A stretch of 32,000 bases of DNA, taken from positions 2,400,001-2,432,000 of the forward strand of contig NC_014033.1 of the NCBI RefSeq assembly GCF_000025925.1. Direction: 5' to 3'. The notes below the pieces were generated by a model. That model was not told where the DNA came from and did no database searches. It saw nothing but the letters and a program-made list of their open reading frames with translations. Source of the stretch: Xylanibacter ruminicola 23 (GTDB taxonomy: Bacteria > Bacteroidota > Bacteroidia > Bacteroidales > Bacteroidaceae). Of this stretch, positions 24,992-31,680 are shown one piece after another. Position numbers and translations under genes: made by a program. Numbering within the stretch: position 1 is the stretch's first letter; every line of letters begins with the position of its first letter.

Positions 24992-25168
24992 TCACTTCTT
25001 AAAGAGGGCATCCAAAAGCATTTTGCCAATCTTGCGTTCCAAACCAGCCTTCGACGTAGGTACGCCTGTTCGTCTGGCAACATTTTGCTTTGCCTGCGTT
25101 ATTCCCAAAGCCCTTTTCCATGAAAAAGTTAATCCAGGAATTCCTGTTCCATTTGATCTTTTTGCCAT
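24992..25168 (-). CDS. Candidate 58-aa basic peptide (MAKRSNGTGIPGLTFSWKRALGITQAKQNVARRTGVPTSKAGLERKIGKMLLDALFKK), below the ORF-track cutoff
   Basis: Its ATG starts 1 nt after the PrsW stop (TAATATG). It shares the SK[AS]GLERKIGK motif with the N-terminus of the 126-aa membrane protein, but through different codons. Confidence 0.5.
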   Translation of the reverse strand: MAKRSNGTGIPGLTFSWKRALGITQAKQNVARRTGVPTSKAGLERKIGKMLLDALFKK

Positions 25169-25169
25169 A

Positions 25170-26198
25170 TTATTGTCTGAGTTTTGATTGATAGTTTACA
25201 GTTTGTTTCAAATATACCATGAGAAGCATTAAGCCGATGAATACCAAGAACAAAGAAACGAAAGGCCATGAAGAAATAGAATCATACAGGCCATGAATCA
25301 GTGCCGGTATTGTGAAAGCCAGAACATACAATCCCTTACGATACTTTGGATAGAGATTCGCAAATGAGAGGAAGTAGCCAGTAATACCACACCAACAAGC
25401 ATGTAGGAATGGTAGACTAGTTAAACGTAATATGTTCAGATAAAAAGATACCGTATATTCTTGTTCAGCATTGACAGTCATTTGATATTGCACACCTTCC
25501 CATACACCAAAGGCTATGCCAGAAATCAAACCATAATAAACTACTGTTTGTGGAATAAGCGGCTCTTTTGCTTTATATAAAATAATAAGAAGAGGAACTG
25601 CTTTAGCCAATTCTTCGGTAAAGCCCACTCCAAGAGTATATCCTATAATATTCAAAGGAAAGACTGTTTCTGTAAACGAGTAGAATGGGTTTAAATTGGG
25701 CAAGCCAACCCCCCAAGCAGCAAAAACAAAAGCCTGTGTAATAAAGAATACGGCTAAAGTCGTTTTAAGTCCAACCTGTGGAGTCTTAAAACAGTCATAG
25801 AAAAACAATCCCCATATAACAGAGAAATAGAGAGATACTTCATAAAAGACAAAGAATCCGCCAAGTGGTATCTGCATGATTAGCATAGGTAACAACCCTA
25901 CTAATGCCAAAATCAAGAATCGTTGGTCAAATAAGAATTGCTTGGAAAAGAGTGTCGTCCGTGGGAAAAGTAGCTCTCCTCCGATTGCTGCAATTTGTGA
26001 AAGGATGTTGCCTTTATTTTGACGATGTACTTTTAGATTAGCCCTTTTGAGATAATAGCCAACGGTTTGAGGAATGCTCTCCCCAACAGCAATGGCTTTA
26101 TCATGGAGTAGTATCTGACCTGTGTTTACATACGAAAGCAACGTATGCTCATCGTATGGACCATATGGTTTGTTATTTCTTATAATATTTATATTCAT
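25170..26198 (-). CDS. PrsW-family intramembrane metalloprotease with an N-terminal GYF_2-like soluble domain
   Basis: The PrsW signature motifs are present in a multi-TM core: EExxK (GFTEELAKAVPLL) and HxxxD (LIHGLYD). The N-terminal ~55 aa (NNKPYGPYDEHTLLSYVNTGQILLHDKAIAVG) resemble GYF_2/DUF4339. Confidence 0.75.
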   Translation of the reverse strand: MNINIIRNNKPYGPYDEHTLLSYVNTGQILLHDKAIAVGESIPQTVGYYLKRANLKVHRQNKGNILSQIAAIGGELLFPRTTLFSKQFLFDQRFLILALVGLLPMLIMQIPLGGFFVFYEVSLYFSVIWGLFFYDCFKTPQVGLKTTLAVFFITQAFVFAAWGVGLPNLNPFYSFTETVFPLNIIGYTLGVGFTEELAKAVPLLIILYKAKEPLIPQTVVYYGLISGIAFGVWEGVQYQMTVNAEQEYTVSFYLNILRLTSLPFLHACWCGITGYFLSFANLYPKYRKGLYVLAFTIPALIHGLYDSISSWPFVSLFLVFIGLMLLMVYLKQTVNYQSKLRQ

Positions 26199-26716
26199 GA
26201 CATTACATTTCGTCCTTTGGGGTCTGGGCCATAACTGTTCTCATACGCATCACCATCTCCAAAGAGCATCCATAGCCCGTAAAATGGAATTATTTGATAC
26301 CAACCACTATTATCACGATCATGACATCGTTTCGCTCCTTGTGCCCATATAAACCAATAACCAGGAATTAAAAAGAAATACATCATTCCTTCACTCCCAT
26401 TATTAGCTCCCACAATAAAACCAACAATAATAGCGTAGATATAAACTATTATGGTTGATAACCAATATTCTGTACGTCGAATTCTACCTTCAAATGAAAA
26501 TGGATGAGCAAACATACTCTGCCTTTCATTTTGAGATAAGGAAGACTCATTTGGACTAGAAAGAACAGATTTATCATCTGTATTTTTTTCCAAACTAATT
26601 CCAACTTTTCTATATGACTCACACGACATCTGATTGTAATTTGGTGATGCATTATCTACATTACATATACCAGATGCATAATGAATGCATTGTAAACACT
26701 GATCTTTTATTGCCAT
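26195..26716 (-). CDS. DUF805 membrane protein with an N-terminal Cys-cluster (zinc-ribbon-like) module
   Basis: N-terminal CLQC-x7-C-x13-C, a Ser-rich linker, then the DUF805 signature (GRIRRTEYWLS, GAKRCHDRDNSGWYQIIP, ENSYGPDP). ATGA overlap with the PrsW gene. Confidence 0.8.
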   Translation of the reverse strand: MAIKDQCLQCIHYASGICNVDNASPNYNQMSCESYRKVGISLEKNTDDKSVLSSPNESSLSQNERQSMFAHPFSFEGRIRRTEYWLSTIIVYIYAIIVGFIVGANNGSEGMMYFFLIPGYWFIWAQGAKRCHDRDNSGWYQIIPFYGLWMLFGDGDAYENSYGPDPKGRNVMS

Positions 26717-26723
26717 AACATTA

Positions 26724-27128
26724 TTATACTCTAGTTATCTTACAAAAATTATTAGACTCGATATACTGAACAACGTCAAAAATTGCATCTGGTTGTTCTG
26801 TATCCTGCAATCCCCAAATCATAGATTTTTCACTGTATTTAGATTTGATATAGAACATCTTAAACCAAAATTTAGCTTGGCATATAACTTTATTCAATAT
26901 AGAATCCAAATCATAGAAAAAAATGTATATCACCTCTAGTTCTGAAGAAAAATATATTTCCTTAATCCAATTCCACTCGAAGAATCCTAATGAGCCATTT
27001 TTGTCCGCAAGATAAATTCCTTGCTGACTGATTCCAACCCAATCTGATTCTCCAAAGAGTTGTGCTTTACCTATTTTGTATAGAAAGTCTCCTTTTACAT
27101 CCTTATATGTCCTTTTAATATATTCCAT
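26724..27128 (-). CDS. Hypothetical 134-aa soluble protein (no recognisable domain)
   Basis: The ORF is packed between the kinase gene (4-nt gap) and the DUF805 gene (7-nt gap). Its composition is rich in aromatic residues. Confidence 0.6.
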   Translation of the reverse strand: MEYIKRTYKDVKGDFLYKIGKAQLFGESDWVGISQQGIYLADKNGSLGFFEWNWIKEIYFSSELEVIYIFFYDLDSILNKVICQAKFWFKMFYIKSKYSEKSMIWGLQDTEQPDAIFDVVQYIESNNFCKITRV

Positions 27129-27132
27129 AATA

Positions 27133-28611
27133 TTAATTATTTACAAGTTGAACTACAATCAATCTGCCCCCATCTTCTGTAGAAAGGAGTATTTGGCGGC
27201 CATCAGTCAAAGGAACAAAGCCACCAACAGGTATCTGCTTGTTTTCTGTCTTATCCCACAAAGAATTAAGCCTGCGATTGATGAGAATCCACTGACCGTT
27301 ATGAAAGTGGAAATCGCCTACAGGCCTTTTGTTCTCATCTGTAGTCTTCTCATTAGCTGCAATGTATCGATTAACATGCCACATATAAAGAGTCTGTTTG
27401 TCATAGACCATTAGGCGATAATTCTCTGGTATGAACTTTCCTTTTGATGGAGAGTAATAGAGATTAAGAACAGGTAACTGACCATGATACTCCTGACCAC
27501 AGAAAGGACAACGTGGTTTCCTCGTGTTGTCGAAAACAAACCAATGGGCCTCGCATTTACTGTTCTGACAAGGTTGGACAAGATCTGTAGTCCTAACAAG
27601 AGCATCTTCCCATTCTGCTGCGCTTGGTCGCTTCATAGGGTCATGAAGTCCATCGATAAAGGCACGGTCAAACAGAGCCTTCAAATAAGGTCCACAAATT
27701 GTATAGGGCAATTTTGAAGGGTCACCCTGTGGAAGTTCTGATGGAGCCAATTGCTGGGGTTTAACTCTATTGGAATTGTCTGTAGGGTGTTCTATAAAAA
27801 GAGCTTTGATACCCATAGATAACTCCTCATCTCGTCCAGCGTCATTCACATCATGAACTTTACCACCACGAAGTGGATGTCTATTGAGCAGATACATATA
27901 TATCAAGACAGCCAAGGCATGGCGGTCTGTGTAAATACTTGGCAATTTCCGATTTTTATCCGTAAGCGGAAGCCCTTTTGTTTCCATAACCTCTGGAGCT
28001 ATGAAGTCGGGAGTTCCTAAAACCTCTGGTGGAAACTTTCCTGGAACAACAAGGCTGTCATCATCTATAATGCATGCAGCTCCAGTAATTGGGTCAACCA
28101 ATATATTCTTATATGACAAATCGGAATGTGCAAGTCCTGCTGCATGTAACCTTCGGACTGCTCTTGCTATTTTTATACACATATGTAGATTCGTCAAGAA
28201 TGTACCCTTTTGATCAGCAGGTAAGAAACGATTTCTCAATTTTGCAGAAGCAAACCATTTCCCTTCCTTTTCTTTGCCATCAAACGGACCACCATCAAAA
28301 AAATACTTTCGGTCGTAGAATGGCATGACTATTCCCATCTTACCATTCCATTCAACCATTTTTGTTGGCCAAGCGAACATCTGTTTCCAATAATCTCCAC
28401 CTGGACCATTAAATATTTTTTCTCGATAAATACCAACGATATTATTAATTCTTTCTTTATCATTAGGATTTACAGGTGTTCTGTAAAATGCTACAACATA
28501 CGACTTATCTGGACTGAAATAAACATCTTTCACTCCACCTTGTGCCTTGATTTCGTCTATGAATTCAACGGTACTGCCATCAGCGGCTTTCAATGTTATT
28601 TTCTGTGCCAT
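27133..28611 (-). CDS. Atypical Ser/Thr protein kinase with a C-terminal zinc ribbon and an FHA-like beta domain (TerY-P triad kinase)
   Basis: Motifs seen: catalytic loop LAHSDLSYKNILVD, IIDDDS in the DFG position, and GTPDFIAPEV (APE). These are followed by C-x4-C...C-x2-C (CQNSKC...CPFCG) and a GQWILINR...LTDGRQILL segment. Confidence 0.85.
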   Translation of the reverse strand: MAQKITLKAADGSTVEFIDEIKAQGGVKDVYFSPDKSYVVAFYRTPVNPNDKERINNIVGIYREKIFNGPGGDYWKQMFAWPTKMVEWNGKMGIVMPFYDRKYFFDGGPFDGKEKEGKWFASAKLRNRFLPADQKGTFLTNLHMCIKIARAVRRLHAAGLAHSDLSYKNILVDPITGAACIIDDDSLVVPGKFPPEVLGTPDFIAPEVMETKGLPLTDKNRKLPSIYTDRHALAVLIYMYLLNRHPLRGGKVHDVNDAGRDEELSMGIKALFIEHPTDNSNRVKPQQLAPSELPQGDPSKLPYTICGPYLKALFDRAFIDGLHDPMKRPSAAEWEDALVRTTDLVQPCQNSKCEAHWFVFDNTRKPRCPFCGQEYHGQLPVLNLYYSPSKGKFIPENYRLMVYDKQTLYMWHVNRYIAANEKTTDENKRPVGDFHFHNGQWILINRRLNSLWDKTENKQIPVGGFVPLTDGRQILLSTEDGGRLIVVQLVNN

Positions 28612-28614
28612 AGG

Positions 28615-29994
28615 CTAATATAATATTGCAATAGTTCTATCATCATGGTTACCTCTATCCCAGAAGTTAAGCCAGCCAAGAAGCTGTTCCTGCGATTTCT
28701 CGTTGTCATCAGTTAACTCAACACCATTATCAGCAAGGTCTTTCCATAACTCGTCCCACATATCTATATTTTGGAGATTGGCATCTGTTTCAAATTTTGG
28801 GTCACTCACGCCATCAGTCATTAACATAAGCGCAGTGAAGTCTGGATAAATCTTAAAGCGGCATCGATTGTAAAAAGAATTGCTATCGCTGAATATTTCT
28901 GGCATTGTAAGGAAACGTGTTTGACCTGCAAATTCCCCTTCATCTGGCATACCTAACATATCTGCAGTGTGATTGTCTGCGTCATATACGCACATAGCAC
29001 CATCACCAACCCAAAAAGATGCAACCGCCCAACCAAAATCAAATCGTTTACATATAGAAAGGAGTAACGTCGTTGCATAATCCTTCATCTTTGCGCCTTC
29101 TTTTCTTTCGGCCTCTTTCTTGATGGCATTATAAGCTTTTAATGCTGCATTCCCAAGAATTTTATAAGAAAAATCCCTCACACCTCTCAATTGCATTTCG
29201 TCTTCTGAATATATTTTTATGGCCTCTTCGAAATCAGCGCAATCCATAAGGGCATTTATGCAGTGCTCTACTACCGTCTCACAAGCGATTCTTGAACCTT
29301 CTCGAGAATACTTTGCAGAACCTGCACCGTCAGCGACTGCCATAATATACCATTCTGTATCCTTACAGTAATGCAAGAGAAAATGATCATCGCGAGGCTT
29401 ACCTTCATGAGCATGAGAACGACCACGTTGACTTGCTGCTACAATATCCTTTCGGGGAACACCGTCTTTTTCTTCAACTTTCACATATTGCATCTGTGAA
29501 TCCTCTTTGTAATATTCTGTGTCTCTAGGAGTTGGAATATCTTTCCAAAGAGTCTTGGGATCAGGATTTAATATAAAAGTCAATTTTCTCTCCAACCACT
29601 CTTCACCTTCAAGGATTCCTTTGGGTTTATATCTAAGGAAAAGAATAAAATCTCCACCTTTTATATCCTCTGGCTGAGCAGTTCCGGAAATAATAAACCC
29701 GGTATCTGTTTTCTCAAAATTCAAACCGATAGCATCAAGTCCGATTATTTCGTAATCTTCAACACCATCTACTTTAAAATCAACAGAAGTTTTATACTGC
29801 TCTCCAACTCTTCCATTAGGTAAAATTATTGGAGCAGAATCTACAGCATTCTTAATTATAAGCCTTTCGTCCATACGTTCATTTTTTATCTTGTTCCACA
29901 ATCCACAGACAAGTCTTTTTTCAAAGTCTTCAAATTCACAATCTGTGGGTTCTATGCCAGCACGGCGCAATACTTCTAAAAAATAGTCTTTCAT
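28615..29994 (-). CDS. PP2C-family Ser/Thr phosphatase with an N-terminal Ig-like (He_PIG-like) domain
   Basis: PP2C_2-like motifs GRSHAHEGKPRDD, MAVADGAGSAKYS and LMTDGVSD. The N-terminal LPNGRVGEQY...GLNF...GFISGTAQP resembles putative Ig domains. Confidence 0.85.
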   Translation of the reverse strand: MKDYFLEVLRRAGIEPTDCEFEDFEKRLVCGLWNKIKNERMDERLIIKNAVDSAPIILPNGRVGEQYKTSVDFKVDGVEDYEIIGLDAIGLNFEKTDTGFIISGTAQPEDIKGGDFILFLRYKPKGILEGEEWLERKLTFILNPDPKTLWKDIPTPRDTEYYKEDSQMQYVKVEEKDGVPRKDIVAASQRGRSHAHEGKPRDDHFLLHYCKDTEWYIMAVADGAGSAKYSREGSRIACETVVEHCINALMDCADFEEAIKIYSEDEMQLRGVRDFSYKILGNAALKAYNAIKKEAERKEGAKMKDYATTLLLSICKRFDFGWAVASFWVGDGAMCVYDADNHTADMLGMPDEGEFAGQTRFLTMPEIFSDSNSFYNRCRFKIYPDFTALMLMTDGVSDPKFETDANLQNIDMWDELWKDLADNGVELTDDNEKSQEQLLGWLNFWDRGNHDDRTIAILY

Positions 29995-31037
29995 CCTCGT
30001 CCTCTAGTAATGTTCATTCCTCCTTCTTCAATCTCACCAAGAGCACCTTCCGTTCCACACCAAGGGCATGCCTGAGTATTACCATCAGAACACATGATAT
30101 TACCGCAATCGCATACTACTACTCCATATTGGTTGCCACAACACGGACATGTTGGCACTCCACGCAGTGACATCGTATTAATATTTTGGTTAGATTTACC
30201 TTCACTCAAACTGTTGTAAATTTCCTCGTCAACAGGAAATGCACCAACGAGTTTATAATCAGTCGCCTTTATTCCAAGGCTTTCCAATCCGCGAATATCT
30301 CCAATACGTTTAGCATATTTTACAAGATATGTTTTCTTTGTGTTTGAACACTTTCCCATAAGAACGGCAAAGTTCTCATCGACAACACACTGTTCTTCTG
30401 TATTTACTTTTTCCAGGTTAATGCCATCCATCGGAGCAAGCTGTAAATCATCAATACCAGCATCTGTTACTGAAACGCTACTGGTTTTAATCGATGCTGT
30501 CACCCATTTAAAGAAAGCCTTGAACGAATACTCGTCGGTCTCTTTCAATCGTAAAACATTCTCAGTAAGTTTCCCCAATAAATGGGTATCAGCATTATCT
30601 CCTAATGAAATACAAACAAGATTGCACTTTTTTTGATATAGCTTTTGCCATCTTTCAATAGCAGGATTGGGATTGTCTGTAGGTGTACCATCTGTAAACA
30701 GGAAGATGATTGGTTTCCAGTCTCCTTTCATTTCTGATGTAGTCTTTTGAACAGATTTCTCCATATCATCCATCAAATAATTGAGGGCAGTCCCTAAAGA
30801 AGTACCACCACCAATCGGGAATTTTGGAGGATAGAACTTATATAGTTCTGTCAATGGAGATAGGCTCTTGGCCTTACCAGCAAAGGCGATGACGGACACG
30901 AAAACCGTTTCAAGAGCATAAGGATCTGTCCTCAATTCCTGAATGATATTCCTCATTCCATTCTCTACTTGTGTGATGGGGTCTCCCACCATTGACTCTG
31001 ATACATCAATCAGAAAATATATTGGTAATCTTCTCAT
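29991..31037 (-). CDS. TerY-like vWA protein with a C-terminal Cys-rich TerY-C metal-binding domain
   Basis: N-terminus MRRLPIYFLIDVSESM (MIDAS DxSxS), with GGGTSLGTAL and FTDGTPTD. C-terminal CPCCGNQYGVVVCDCGNIMCSDGNTQACPWCG. Confidence 0.85.
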   Translation of the reverse strand: MRRLPIYFLIDVSESMVGDPITQVENGMRNIIQELRTDPYALETVFVSVIAFAGKAKSLSPLTELYKFYPPKFPIGGGTSLGTALNYLMDDMEKSVQKTTSEMKGDWKPIIFLFTDGTPTDNPNPAIERWQKLYQKKCNLVCISLGDNADTHLLGKLTENVLRLKETDEYSFKAFFKWVTASIKTSSVSVTDAGIDDLQLAPMDGINLEKVNTEEQCVVDENFAVLMGKCSNTKKTYLVKYAKRIGDIRGLESLGIKATDYKLVGAFPVDEEIYNSLSEGKSNQNINTMSLRGVPTCPCCGNQYGVVVCDCGNIMCSDGNTQACPWCGTEGALGEIEEGGMNITRGRG

Positions 31038-31044
31038 ATTTCTA

Positions 31045-31680
31045 CTAAATTACGATATTAACTTCTTCTGGTGGTCCGGGCAGTTCTATTGAATCTGTAG
31101 TACCAACGCTCTTTCCACCAAGTCCAATAACATCAGATACCCATACGAAGAACTTCTTAAAAGAAGTAGCATCCATAGTGTCAAGTCTGAATACTTGGTC
31201 TGTCAACTGCTGAAGTGGTTCAACCTTCGCTTTTGGGCCTGCTGCACAAGCTACTATACTAGCAAAATTTAAACTCTTTACTTTCGGAATAATTTGATTA
31301 TAATCTTGTACATCACTGGGTTTTCCATCTGTCAATATAAACAAAAGTGGACGCCAATCACCCTTTTGTTCTGGAGTACCCCTTTTTACCTCCACAGCAA
31401 TTTTGTCACAAAGCATTTTTAAAGCTTTACCAAGGTGCGTCGGACCTGTATCTGGAGTCAGGATATCAGGCATTTGAAGGTTTTCGAGCTCCGTAAGAGG
31501 TAGAACTTGACTTACTTCTCTATCAAAGGTAATTATACTAATACATACTGTTTCAAGAGCATATGGGTCTTGGCGCAAGGTTGCAACCATATCAGCTAGC
31601 CCTACCTTAACACTCTCTATTGGTTCACCTTTCATAGAACCACTAGTATCAATCAATATATAAACTGGTAAATGTCTCAT
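31045..31680 (-). CDS. TerY-like vWA (von Willebrand factor A) protein
   Basis: Motifs seen: MRHLPVYILIDTSGSMKGEPI (MIDAS), LRQDPYALETV, ITFD, KGDWRPLLFILTDGKPSD and ACAAGPKA. This closely follows the TerY pattern. Confidence 0.88.
   Translation of the reverse strand: MRHLPVYILIDTSGSMKGEPIESVKVGLADMVATLRQDPYALETVCISIITFDREVSQVLPLTELENLQMPDILTPDTGPTHLGKALKMLCDKIAVEVKRGTPEQKGDWRPLLFILTDGKPSDVQDYNQIIPKVKSLNFASIVACAAGPKAKVEPLQQLTDQVFRLDTMDATSFKKFFVWVSDVIGLGGKSVGTTDSIELPGPPEEVNIVI

Noticed and set aside
24856-25083. An N-terminal 76-aa extension of the 217-aa track ORF (MLPDEQAYLRRRLVWNARLAKCF...).
   Set aside because: The extension is R/C-rich and non-protein-like. An internal Met gives a clean signal peptide, with a TAnnTTTG box just upstream. 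The region 24992-25168 is better explained by the 58-aa ORF in another frame.
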